NCBI RefSeq assembly: GCF_033153115.1
Contig: NW_026889803.1
Coordinates: 2,108,001 to 2,172,000, forward strand
Origin: Saccostrea echinata
Taxonomy: Eukaryota
Direction of reading: 5' to 3'
DNA length: 64,000 nucleotides
Below are positions 12,951-24,794 of this stretch, in pieces (within the stretch, counting starts at the first letter, position 1; every line of letters starts with the position of its first letter). The notes beneath the pieces were generated by a model. The model was not told the origin of the DNA. It saw only the letters and a list, made by a program, of their open reading frames with translations, and did not search any database. A program made the translations under genes and the position numbers.

Positions 12951-14836
12951 AAATTATATTATTAAGTGATGTTTTTATTATTTGAGTCAACATTTGAAAA
13001 TGTCAAACAATAGGTATAGACAACATAAGAAGCTGCGTTTTGAAGGTTGGGTCCCTTGATTTTCATGAATAACAAAAGAAATCAGTTACAGGTGCACACT
13101 TCAAAGCTTTCGTGAACACCGAGCACAGGTTTGTTCAGAGTCGAGTTCGAAATATAATGTGTATATTATACATGTATGTATAAAGGTCCAGTGAAAATAT
13201 CTTTGTTGAACAACCTTGTGCTCTTTGTTTTCTAATTAAAAGTATTGTGATTTTGAATATCTTCATTTACTTGCGATTAGCCTCATTGTGACCTGCTGAG
13301 AATCATAACAAGCCACGTGGATTTGTATCGTCACGGGTAAATGCCTCCAGTAAATGTGCTCATTCGCAGTTGAAACGTGCTCAGTTTTATATCGGTCAGC
13401 TTTGAGTTGTTTCGTTCATCTTATTGTATAGCGTTTATTGCAAACAATTCGTAAATAGAAAAAAAAATATTTGTAGTTGATTGTAAAGCTTGAACATTTA
13501 ATTTTTTGCAAGAAAAATTTCAACAATGTTTCTTTCTGTCTCCTCTTTGAACCATTTTTTTTTTTCACTCGAAAGGTCCGTTGTTTGTTTTTATCATGTA
13601 ATTCATTGAACCTTGCATTTTTCGTTCTCGTGAATATTGTTTATTTCCTAACTCTTAATGCACCTTGCCAAAACACAATAAAACGTATAATTTGTACGAA
13701 AATACTTATAAATAACACCGCAACACCCCCATCCTAATAAAGAACGTAAATAAATCATATATGATGTAAAAGAAAAAATAAAGATATGAAAGATGTGAAA
13801 ACCTTTGTTATAAACCAAAGTTATAAACAATGTTCTATTATTTGTTTGTAATTTTTTTTTTTACAATTATTTGTAAAATTACTTAATTTTTGTCTGCAAT
13901 GTGTACTTTCACAGTTTCAATTATCTTCTTTCTATAGTATCTAATTTAAATGTCTCCGCCCATTTTCATGTACCGTAATTGAGAAACCGTAGTCTGTTCG
14001 GGGGAAAATGTTTCGGAATTTTTAAGTGTGATAGGTGTTAAAAATTGGCTTATTTTTGGGATATGTTAAATTATTCATCATATATACACGATATTTTAAT
14101 TAGAAACACTCAGTTATACACAATGAAAACTTATAAAATACCATGTGCTAATATTTAACCGGTAAACTAAGGGTGAAAAAAGGGACCATGCTACTATACT
14201 TAAGTGGACAACTCCTTAAGAAAAATAAAACAATTGATATAAGTGAAACTTCCAATATAACTTATTGTTATATTACTTGAATCTTCCAAGTAGGTTTCTA
14301 TTTTGTCGTAACAATTTGATATCGTATTCTTTTTCATATTGTTGACTAAATTTCGGACCTTTCTATATGCGAACCAATAGGAATCTTTTTTTTAGTTTAT
14401 AGTGCTTTGTTACGAAGACGGTTTCCAATTCTTATTCCTTATTGTTTCACGTAGCACTGAATTTAACCATGGTTTTTCACGAGGACGAATGGTTACAGTT
14501 TGTTCATGTATACATTCATGAACACAGGAAAGGTATTCCGATGTAAAATGTTCAGCTGCAAGGTTTATTGTTTCATTTTCTTTGCTACTTTTTGTCCAAT
14601 CACAATTTCCGATTAATAAGAGAATTTACTTTTTGAAATCTCAATTGTTATAAGCCCACACTTTATGCTTGTACGAACGATTATAATTTATACTGAAAGA
14701 AAGCGAAATATAAGTTGCTCTATAATCACTGATAGAAGCGCCTATTGTTGGAGTGTCCGATTCGCATACTTGAATGTCAACAGATGTAAGAATTGGGTCA
14801 AGAAGCGTGCTCGACGTGTGTGAAGTTCTTGTCGGT

Positions 14837-15545
14837 TGTTTTAAACATATTTTATTGAATTAATCAAAAGGATTGGAAACAGGTTCTTGCAACTTACTGG
14901 TTCCTCTCCTTAAATATAACAATATGTCATGCAAATAATACATTAAAATATATTTTCAAGTGATATAAGTGAATAAGACGTCAATTTAAAATCTACATGT
15001 TTCATCAATAGATTAATGGACAGCAGCAAAAATATTGTTAGTGTATTTGTAAGCACAGGCAAATCTTTATCACCCCATAATAACAGGTTTTTTTCAATTG
15101 TAACCAATTCATCAAGCAAAAACAGGTGGTTGAAAAGATTGTTCCTAGTATTTGCATAATTTCTACAAGCAAAAAAATAATAAGCATTTCAATACTTTCC
15201 GCATGAACAAAGGGGATTGTTGATGATATTGCGTTTATATAGATCATAATTAAGTAAACAGTTGTGTCTTAGTTTAGTATGAATTATGTTTGTGTAGCGT
15301 TTGCCAAAAGAAAAATACGTTGGCGGATTGCTGATTTTTGTACAAGCTCTCAAGTTTTTACGGAATCAATTAATTGGAATGGCTTCTCTTGTTTCTCATT
15401 TTAATAAGTTCAATTGTTTCACAGCTTCTGGTACAAATGGCCTTTTGAATAGTTCTAATCTACATCTTGGAATAATAAACTGCTCTTTATTGCGGGTATT
15501 GTATTTTGATACATTTTCATGCTTGTTTGGTATAATATTACTTAA
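14837..15545 (-). mobile_element. Old CR1-group LINE, 3' part (split by TTAA element)
   Basis: IIPNKHENVSKYNTRNKEQFIIPRCRLELFKRPFVPEAVKQLNLL plus the CR1-type 3' UTR. Continues the fragment ending at 22075. Confidence 0.8.
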
Positions 15546-16786
15546 AGCGGCAGTGCGGCTGCAAAACGTGTGCTTTTTCATTCAAATTTACCCAATATAT
15601 CATTAAGAAATAAGGTATAAAGTTGATGTAAGCAGTTTGAGAAACAGAAATATTCTCTCCTCATACAAAATTAACGTAATTAGAATCTGCCGGAAAATCA
15701 AGGGTCGTACAAACTGGAGCAATCTTAGATATGTTTATTTGTACCACGTGAATTCTAAAACGGCACGTGCCTACACTGTAGCGTTTACAAATTATAATGA
15801 ATATGAGGTAAAAGTCATTTTAAAAAGCAAATTATCATAACTTTCTGATAAAAAAGTAATCCAAAATAATAATCGTTAAGATTTTAGTCTGCTTTCAGAC
15901 GAATTTAACAGATGTTGACGTTTGTGTATTGGGGTCCGAGAAAGGAAAAACCACCAAATCAAACGTTATCGCGGCAAATGTCAATCAAAATATTTTTCTG
16001 CACATTAAAAAAAATAGCACTTCAAATGGTAACAATGTTTATAAGTCATAAGTGTATTTTTATGTTGAGTTTACACGAATTTTTTTTCTTTGAAAGCGAT
16101 GGAAAAATGAAAAATGATAACAACTATCAACAAACCTGTTGAGTAGAACCTTCGCGAGCCCTGCGTGAGTGACACCGAGTTTCCGTTTCTTCCTCATCCA
16201 ACAATTATATTAATCTCCAAACTGAATTTTAGTCAGGAAAGTTGCTTTTTCAAGCTTTATTTTCAGTTTCTTTTTCTTTTTGGTCGACTTTATCAATGTA
16301 GCAGGCTCTTAGGGCTTCCTTCTCTTACCATGCTGTTTTGTTTATGAAAACTACGCATGCGTGCATAGCATGGAATGTGGAACCCCGAACACGTTGCGAT
16401 GTGTATATATTAGTTTAAGAAGTATTTTATTCATGATATACATAAATGTATATACAATGAATATGGATTGAACAGCAGGCAAAATGGCCTATATAAGTTC
16501 TCTCCATTAAAGATCAAGGTACAAATCATGAAATGTTACAATAATATATATCATAACTTTTGCAAAGACATGTATTTTAGACTAATTTTTAAGGAGGATA
16601 CAATGTACAAAATTGAAAAAAGAGGGAAATTGAACAATAAGGTGGAATAATGAAAGGAAAGAGAGAGAGAGAGAGAAAAAAAAAGAGGGTGGGGATAACG
16701 GAAAAGGGGAAGAGGCTCAGAGCCATATATGTGTATGTACTTTCAGTGTACATGCTGCACATTAATGCTTATTACATTTTCACATT

Positions 16787-19700
16787 CTAAAATCTTTTAG
16801 TATTTTTTATAAAATTATGAACTTGATCAAATAATAACAAATTTTCTTTAAGAGATAGACAATCATAACCAGACAATACAATATTGATATCTCTTGGTAT
16901 GTCATGATCAATCATATATGTGATCAAAGAGTTCCTGGCAAGATCATAACATGGGCATTGAAAGAAAAAATGAACAGAATCTTCAAAAGAATAACCACAT
17001 TTTAAGCATTTAGGTGAACCAACTAAGTTATGATTAAACAAATCTGCATTAAGATTACTTGACAAGTTTCTCAACTGACAGTGGAATATATTTAATTTCC
17101 TTTGTCCGTAACTGTATAATTTTGATTTTATTTTATCATCAAGATTTTTATTTTGAATACTTTGTTTGAATTTAGCTACACTTGTTGCAGATTTCGTGCT
17201 ATCTGGCAAATCATTCCATAACTTAATTGTAGATGGTAAAAAACTATTATAATATGCAACTGTTCTAGTGATTGGTATGTGATACAAATTACTATTGCGT
17301 AAAGCATAATTGTGTGAAACAGGTAGACACTGTTTAACCATATCATGCAAATATTCAGGTGTATAATTATTAAGTATTTTGTACATAAGTGTAAGCTTGT
17401 GTTTAGTTCTTCTTTCACTCAGTGTTTCCCATCCTAATTCTGTATATAAATTTTGTTTCGAAGAATTGCGCCTTAGTCCAGTAATGATACGCCCAGCCTC
17501 TACTTGTACACTTTCTAATAGATTACTCTGCTCCTGTGTACAATTATCCCACACTACATTACCATATTCTAAAATAGGTCTAATGAATGCAATATAAATT
17601 TTAATAAGGGAATCCCTGTTTAGTTTATATTTGAGTGTGCGAAGAACATTTAAACGTTGGCATGCTTTGTCATATATTTTGGAGATATGTTCGGACCAAC
17701 CGCCATTGGATTGCATTATAAGTCCAAGGTGACAATGACTTTGTTTCTGTTCTATGTAGTTATGTGTGTGACCAAATGAAATTTGTGGATGTGATTTATT
17801 TGACCGTGTAAAATTAACATTTACAGTTTTATTAGGGTTAAAATCCACCATCCATTGTCTGGACCATTGTTTAATTTTTTCCAAGTCATCTATTAAAGAG
17901 ATGGTAGGGGCTAATGTATCAGAGTCTACAATAACAAACAAAGAAGTATCATCTGCAAATAACCTAATTTGATTTTCTAAATTTACAGTTATGTCATTGA
18001 TATATACTAAGAAGAGAAATGGTCCTAATACAGAGCCTTGTGGAACACCTGCATTTATACTTTCTCTAACTGAGGAGTACCCTTCTAATAAAACTTTTTG
18101 TTCACGATCAGTAAGATAATTTTCAATCCAGTCCAATAAATTTCCTGCAATACCATTTTGCTTAAGCTTATATAATAATCCCTTATGCCAGACCCTGTCA
18201 AATGCCTTTGATATATCACAGAATACAAATCTTACATCTTTACCCTGGTCTAAACTGCTTATAATAGTATTGTATATCTCTAGAAGTTGATTTACAGTGG
18301 AGTCTCCAGGTTGGAATCCAGACTGATTTTTAGATAGAAGATTATGCTCTAGCATATAGTTGTAAAGATATTTAAATATAATTTTTTCCATAATCTTGCA
18401 AAGAATGCTTGTTAAAGCAATTGGCCTGTAGTTTCCTGGCTCTTCAGGACTCCCTTTATTTTTATAGACTGGTGTAATATTTGAGAGTTTCCATATATGA
18501 GGAAGCTGTTTATTGCTTAATGATGCATTAAACAATTTTGCTAAGGGTGCAGTAATTGAAGGAATTATATTTTTTAGTATATGTGGAGAAATTTCATCAG
18601 GTCCAGGGGGTTTAGATGGGTTGATATTTTTTAATTGATCCTCCACATCTTGGGGTGTGATATGAATTGTGTTTATTGAATATGGTGGACCTGGCCCTTG
18701 TGGAGGTAATTGGGGTTCTGTGCTAACATCAATATGTGATATTTCTGCAAAGTGTTTATTGAGTATATTAGCTTTATCAATAGGGTGTATAAAAATTCTA
18801 CCACTGGATTTTATTGGAGGGGGTTTAATATGTTTTTTAGAGAATTTAGTAATAGACTTTACAATTCGCCACCATTTCCCAGGTGGAATTGTTCTATCTA
18901 ATATTTGTGAAGTAATTTTTTCTTTATAGACCTGTTTTGATTTACGTACCATACTTATTACTTCATTTCTTAAATGACGGTATTTACTCCACTGGTATTC
19001 GTTATTATTTTGTTTTGCCTTGTAATGTACTCTATTTCTTTGTCGCATCTTACATCTGATAGCACTTGTCATAAATGGTTTATCTGAAGGTCGAATGGTC
19101 ACTACTTTTTTGGGTATATTTTTGTCAACATAATAGTTATATACTTTCATAAAGTTGTCATATATGTCATTAATATTATGAGTATTAAATACCTCCCTGT
19201 TCCAATCAACATTTGACAAATCTGTGCATAGTTGTGTATAGTTAGCATTTGCATAATTTCTTATGTATCTTTTATATGAATGTTGCTTGAAAGTTTTAAA
19301 ATGCAGATCAACACCAACTGGACTATGTGTGCTACAAAAAGGTGTTAAGACATTTACAGTTTCTATTCTTTCAACAGCATTGGTGATAATAAGATCAATA
19401 CATGTACCTTTTGATGTTGAGAAATTTGTTGGTTTTGTAACGACATTTGACAGAGAAAAATTTTTTAACATGTGTTTAAATGCATTGTTACCATCAGCTA
19501 ACATATCAAAGTTAAAATCACCTAATAAAAATATTGGTATTTCAATATTCAAAGCACTTTCTATGGATAGTGCAAGCTGATTCACAAAATCTGCTTTTGC
19601 ACTTGGTGGTCTATATATAACACCAACTAAAAATTTATGATTGCCATTTTCAATCTCAACCCATATAATTTCAATATTGGAGGTAAATATATCATCACGT

Positions 19701-20014
19701 TTCTTAAAACTAAGGTTATTTTTTACATAAAGCATGACACCACCACCGTGCCTGTTACGGTCAAGTCTAACAGGTTCCTGAAATCCATCAAGTTCAATAT
19801 CGTTATCAGTAATAGAATGATCTAAATGGCTTTCAGTAATGGCAACAATATCATAATCACATAACTCATTATATATAATGTCAATTTTAGGGAGAAGGCT
19901 ACAAACATTGTTATGTATAATTCTTATATTGGAGTTCAATTTAGGACCTGGATTGGTTTCAATGCCTCCTATAATAAGTAAATAATATATTACAAAATTA
20001 TAATATAGGGACAT
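16787..20014 (-). CDS. LINE ORF2: 2A-like peptide, APE endonuclease, reverse transcriptase, C-terminal CCHC finger
   Basis: APE motifs (NVCSL, ITESHL, GGGV, IYRPP, GDFN, IDL, STHSP), RT motifs (PGPDEI, NYRPIAL, QSGF, DISKAFD, GVPQGSVLGP, FADD) and CLKCGYSFEDSVHFFFQC. The ORF is open from 20131; ATG 20014 is taken as the likely start. Confidence 0.95.
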   Translation of the reverse strand: MSLYYNFVIYYLLIIGGIETNPGPKLNSNIRIIHNNVCSLLPKIDIIYNELCDYDIVAITESHLDHSITDNDIELDGFQEPVRLDRNRHGGGVMLYVKNNLSFKKRDDIFTSNIEIIWVEIENGNHKFLVGVIYRPPSAKADFVNQLALSIESALNIEIPIFLLGDFNFDMLADGNNAFKHMLKNFSLSNVVTKPTNFSTSKGTCIDLIITNAVERIETVNVLTPFCSTHSPVGVDLHFKTFKQHSYKRYIRNYANANYTQLCTDLSNVDWNREVFNTHNINDIYDNFMKVYNYYVDKNIPKKVVTIRPSDKPFMTSAIRCKMRQRNRVHYKAKQNNNEYQWSKYRHLRNEVISMVRKSKQVYKEKITSQILDRTIPPGKWWRIVKSITKFSKKHIKPPPIKSSGRIFIHPIDKANILNKHFAEISHIDVSTEPQLPPQGPGPPYSINTIHITPQDVEDQLKNINPSKPPGPDEISPHILKNIIPSITAPLAKLFNASLSNKQLPHIWKLSNITPVYKNKGSPEEPGNYRPIALTSILCKIMEKIIFKYLYNYMLEHNLLSKNQSGFQPGDSTVNQLLEIYNTIISSLDQGKDVRFVFCDISKAFDRVWHKGLLYKLKQNGIAGNLLDWIENYLTDREQKVLLEGYSSVRESINAGVPQGSVLGPFLFLVYINDITVNLENQIRLFADDTSLFVIVDSDTLAPTISLIDDLEKIKQWSRQWMVDFNPNKTVNVNFTRSNKSHPQISFGHTHNYIEQKQSHCHLGLIMQSNGGWSEHISKIYDKACQRLNVLRTLKYKLNRDSLIKIYIAFIRPILEYGNVVWDNCTQEQSNLLESVQVEAGRIITGLRRNSSKQNLYTELGWETLSERRTKHKLTLMYKILNNYTPEYLHDMVKQCLPVSHNYALRNSNLYHIPITRTVAYYNSFLPSTIKLWNDLPDSTKSATSVAKFKQSIQNKNLDDKIKSKLYSYGQRKLNIFHCQLRNLSSNLNADLFNHNLVGSPKCLKCGYSFEDSVHFFFQCPCYDLARNSLITYMIDHDIPRDINIVLSGYDCLSLKENLLLFDQVHNFIKNTKRF

Positions 20015-20567
20015 ACCTTTAAAAATGCCATCCCTTACACATAGTTTTCCGCATGGTTGTGGGAAATAATATAGGTAAATCTCAGTCATTTGTGTCAAAA
20101 ATGAAATAGGTATGGTCAAGAAATGCCACAACCATTATAAAATTAACAACTTTCACTTTGCGTGCAATAGAACAAATGTAAACACAGAAAGTGCAGTCTA
20201 CTGAGCCTTGGGAAGTAGTTAGAACCGAGTTGAAAAAAATTGGTGAAAAAAGGTAGAACATAACAAATAAAAAGTATAAAATATAAATACATGTATATAC
20301 AGTAAAGTTGAAAACCATATCGATGTAGTATATGGCGAATAACAATAGCTATTCAGTGTGTTAAATACATGGCCTGGTTATGTATTTCGTTAATTAGTCT
20401 GCTCTGCGTGAAACATACAAGTAACCGTGTACAAGCGCTCCAGTAACCCGGAGTGTTTTCACACGTGGAATAGTGACAGATTTGCACCAAATATGCTGCA
20501 AGGAATTTCAACGTTTACGGCCGTCGAATGGTTGATTCGTATCGGCAAAAGTCAATACGTAAGACGT

Positions 20568-21527
20568 CTAGTCCCTATAGGCAGCATTAGCAGGAGTTGA
20601 GGTAAGTGGCACAAAATCTTGATGCAGTTCAGGAGACAAGGGATCACTTGGTGACTCAAGAAAAGTTTGTAGTTTTTGGAAGCCTTCATCGGTCTCTATG
20701 GTGATTTTTTTCTTCTTTAATGTCTTGACAATTATTTTCCCATCGTAGGTCCATGCACTATCCAGCTGATTGTTCTTTACAAGTTTCCTGACTTCAAATA
20801 GGAGTTTGGCTCTTTTCTTCGTGAGTGCCTCATTGATAAATATTTTGTATCTGTTGGATGGATTTTGATTAAAGTTCTTCAGATTCCGCTTGTTTCCAAA
20901 CACTCTGGCTTTGTCACGGTAACTTACGAATTGCACTATAATATCTCTTGGAACATTATCATCCCTGGGTGGGCCTACTCTATGAGATCTGCTGATTTGA
21001 TGTATTTCCATGGGTTTGTCTGAGGGAAGAATGAGCTGATTTGTAATCTTTAGAATAATGTTGTCAGTTTGTTCCCCTTGTTCCTCAGGTATTCCAGAAA
21101 ATTTTAGGCATGTGCGCCGTGAATACTGCTCCATACTATCCACCCTGTTCTTCAGTTCCTTCATTTCATTGTGTATGTCAGATATTTCTGACATGAAGTG
21201 CTCACTAATACACGACTTTATTGTAGGTTTTCCAAGAATAATGTTTATCACTTTCTTGGTGCTTTCCTCATCTTTGGTGAGTTGATCTAGCAGAGAATTA
21301 AGTTGGGATAGATCCTGATTAGTGTCATCTATTGAGGTAATATTTCCTGAGGATGTCCCTGACTCACTCCCTTCTCTGAATCTCTTATTACTAGGCTGTC
21401 TTGATTGTCCACTAGAGGATACAGCAGAATTTAGACCACTACCTTTTCTGGCTCCTGAGCCCTGACCCATGGTTTTGCTTGTAGCAAAGTTCTTGTTATT
21501 CTTAGGCTTACCAGTATTTAGAGACAT
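20568..21527 (-). CDS. LINE ORF1 (coiled coil + RRM + CTD, L1-ORF1-like)
   Basis: EMKELKNRVDSMEQYSRRTCLKFSGIPE, SRSHRVG, PRDIIVQF, IFINEALTKKR, AWTYDGKIIVK. First ATG at 21527. Confidence 0.88.
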   Translation of the reverse strand: MSLNTGKPKNNKNFATSKTMGQGSGARKGSGLNSAVSSSGQSRQPSNKRFREGSESGTSSGNITSIDDTNQDLSQLNSLLDQLTKDEESTKKVINIILGKPTIKSCISEHFMSEISDIHNEMKELKNRVDSMEQYSRRTCLKFSGIPEEQGEQTDNIILKITNQLILPSDKPMEIHQISRSHRVGPPRDDNVPRDIIVQFVSYRDKARVFGNKRNLKNFNQNPSNRYKIFINEALTKKRAKLLFEVRKLVKNNQLDSAWTYDGKIIVKTLKKKKITIETDEGFQKLQTFLESPSDPLSPELHQDFVPLTSTPANAAYRD

Positions 21528-22074
21528 TTTGACATATATCCTGAATATTGGATTTAAAGAGTATTTCAAAGTTTTGTAATCAATAAAAGTTGATTTACTC
21601 TTGCAGACCTGTTTTGCTATGGAGGGTCAGGTATCTCCAGTATAACTTCAATACTTTAGATAAACTGAGTAGATGTCAATATGGAGGTACAAAGATTATG
21701 AATGAATCACACAAAGAAAACTTTTTAACTCACTTTGTATATCACTCTATACTGGTAAATTAGTGTCCACAGATCATTTATACAGTTGTAGGATCACAAA
21801 TCCCCTCCTCAAAATTACTCAATTAACCAATAACCATAATATTACACTAGAGCTGAAAAAAGGTCTACTCCATGTTTGACCTTGACATTTTGATGTGTAT
21901 ATATTAACGTCCCATAAATAATTATTAATTTTAATGAAATAATCAAAATTATTTCATTGTAAAAGTTGTAATTTTCTGAAAAGTTATACATTTATGAGTT
22001 GCAAAAAAAAATCCAAATTTTGTCGGAAAATTTTATCAAGTCAGTTTTTTGATGAGATGCGCCGTACTGTCACT

Positions 22075-22730
22075 TTAAATATTCAGGAACAGTTCCTTTG
22101 TGAATTTTGAACATAGTAGTCATTTTTGCAGTATAGCGCCTAAATTTTAAAGTTTCCCAACCAGTTTCTAAATAAACTGTTCCTGTAGACGCAAAAATAG
22201 GAAGTCCTGTGAAAATTCTAGCCGCAGCTAGTTGGACTTTTTCAAGCTTTTTCAGAATCATGTTTAGAGCAACCATCCCAAACAACAGAAGCGTATTCAA
22301 GCATTGGTCTAACAAATGTAGTGTACAATTTTAAAAAGTTATTTCTACTCAATTTAAACTTTTGTTTTTTTCAAAAGCCCAAGTTTTTTTATAAGCATTG
22401 TTTACAATACCATCAATATATGCAGACTAGCTAAGATTCTGTGACAATATTAAACCCAAGTGTCTATGGACTGTAACGCACTCCAACCTACCTCCTTTAA
22501 AGAATAATTAAGGCAGGACAGAAATAGATTTCGTGTTAAAAAACAACCTTTGTTTTAGATGTTCTAGTCGGTTCGAATTCAATGATATTATTAACAAGTT
22601 TGTGTGTTGAAACAATTTCATGAATTATGTTTGTTTGTGGAGCATTAAGAAGATCTACATGTACATTCAAGTCACCTACTAGTAATATTTGAAGCTCGCC
22701 TATTTTGTCAATGGACCATGTGAGTTATGT
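22075..22730 (-). mobile_element. Old CR1-group LINE, internally deleted 5' part
   Basis: KLEKVQLAAARIFTGLPIFAS..YLETGWETLKFRR..KIHKGTVPEYL, HRHLGLILS, and an APE remnant NILLVGDLNV near 22660-22690. Confidence 0.75.
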
Positions 22731-23602
22731 CCAAAATCTTCTATCCCAGAGGTATCCTAGAGGTATTGTGGGCACTGAGCTCACAAAATTATAACCCCCC
22801 CCCCTCCCTCGCGACCAAGTCTCACACATATAATAGTAAAGTCCTTTTTTAGCTGAGGGAAACTCCAGATATCTGTCAATCAGAATATAAAATAGGAGGT
22901 GCACAATGGTACAGTGTAATAAAAAAGATTCTGTGAAAGTCTCATAAATTTTATTCAGTGGTATATGAGGAGTTGCAGAAAAGATATGGGAGTCTTCAAG
23001 TGATGCTGACATAAAATAATACACCCCAATCATTATAAACTCTGCCTTTCAAGCGGAGGTGTAAAACTACCTGTTTAATAGTTTTATCAAAGTTGCAAAC
23101 TTTGAAATGCGCCTGATACAATTAATGCCTAAATGCGTATTTATCTCTCTTATGAAAGGATGTGACGGAATTACTAATCAACCATTAATTGTAAGTTTTA
23201 AAGAAGATGTGCTAATAGGGCGAGCGATATTCCTTTAGTGCAACAAATATGAAGGTGAAAAATTAAACCTCAATTATAACAAAATTTTCTTTGATATTTC
23301 ATCTGACATAAAAGTATACTTGATATAAAATCTCAACAATTTGCAAAAATCTAACAAAGAGTGAAATCATTTGCCCATGCATAGAATAGCATACACACAA
23401 GAAGAGGGCAAAAGGGATCATTTTCTCATAATAATTATAATTACCTATAAAACAGTCATAACTCCTCCAATTTAATTTAAAATTTCGCCAAATGACGTTT
23501 CATGTATCGACAGGTGAAATATAAATCTTTATGCGCTACAAATGTACAACAGTGCAATTTTTAATTTAAAAAAATGACTATGTACTGTAAACGTGTGAAA
23601 AA

Positions 23603-23682
23603 CCATCTTCGCTAGCCAAGGGTTTACGATTCGCTCCACCCGAGTAGATTTTGGATCGGAAACCCTTGGCTAGCGAAGATGG
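23603..23682. mobile_element. 80-bp hairpin MITE
   Basis: Perfect 23-bp TIR CCATCTTCGCTAGCCAAGGGTTT. Flanks tGAAAAA / cGAAAAA. Confidence 0.8.
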
Positions 23683-24794
23683 CGAAAAAGTGACATTCTC
23701 CAAGAAGTATGTTTTATCTAAATATTATAGCTGTATATTTTTAAGGATCATCCGAAAACATATAATTTTTGCATATTTATTGGAATATACGAAATAGTTT
23801 TTATCTGCAGAGTTTTACTGGTTTCATGCAAATAGCGAGCTCACAATAGAACCTGTCTGCAAACGTTTCTAATAACCCTAATATATTTCTAATCAAATGA
23901 GGAATAACGTCTAATGAAAACACTAAATGTGAGTGTCCAAAAAAGGTAGGTATACATGTTCTGATAGAGCTCTTTATGGATATAAGGCCTCGACGGAGAT
24001 TACGCAAGTTGGTAACTGGTTTGAGTTTGGAATGGGTTTTTTTCTGGGGCAGAATTGTCTGAATTAAAAATAATATTAATTACAAATTCTGATTTTATTT
24101 TTGTGATTTTTTTTTTTTTTTTTTTTTTTGAACAATAATTCCAACATGTACATTGTTGAGATCAACCATTGAACTGTTCAACTGATGTAAGCATCAAATA
24201 AGTTAATGAGAGCAAAAGTTAATTAAATTTGATTTTCGATTGCAAAAATGAAATTATTTTCGCAATATTTAAATTGATATCTTGAAATAATTCTTATGTA
24301 TCATATTTTCATGTAAATTAGGTTAATTAGTTGAATTTGATTTGTCGGGTTACATTTGTTGATAAACTTTATTACCATCTGAATCATGAAACCACGCCCC
24401 CAGCATGGTGTAGAACAGCAACAGTCACCATTAGTTATGCACGTAGCATCGTCTCTGAAACTGAGGGACAGGCGGAGAAAAAGTGACAACTTACCTGAAA
24501 ATCTTTGACCAAAAAAAGGAAACTTGTCCAAACTCGATATCATCTTTCATGCTGATGGTGGTGTGGTGGTGGTGTGGGGGGGGGGGGGGGGGGTTAGGGG
24601 AAAGTTTCCAAGAATTTTCTTTTAAATAACATTCGCATCGGAGGATTTGCAACAAAATGTGGGGAGTGGGCCGCTAAGTCGATGAACTTTTACTATATAC
24701 TATATTAGCAGTTAAAAATAGGGCACCCCCCCCCCCCCCCCGATGCATGCTACGTGCCTGTTGCCCTCAACTACATGCAATATTTATGCAATAT

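Larger units (their letters stand above)
16413..21891 (-). mobile_element. Full-length, apparently intact CR1-group LINE (~5.5 kb) with 15-bp TSD
   Basis: TSD GATGTGTATATATTA at 16398-16412 and 21892-21906. Two uninterrupted ORFs. 3' end AATAAAATACTTCTTAAAC. Confidence 0.93.
15546..22074. mobile_element. Non-autonomous TTAA-targeting DNA element (Kolobok-like), containing the intact LINE
   Basis: TTAA at 15542-15545 and 22075-22078. Termini AGCGGCAGTGCGGC / GCCGTACTGTCACT form an imperfect inverted repeat. Removing the element rejoins the old CR1 ORF2 (..VPEYL|SNIIPNK..). Confidence 0.75.

Noticed and set aside
19263-19580. Antisense ORFs within LINE ORF2
   Set aside because: Short shadow ORFs are expected opposite a long coding frame.
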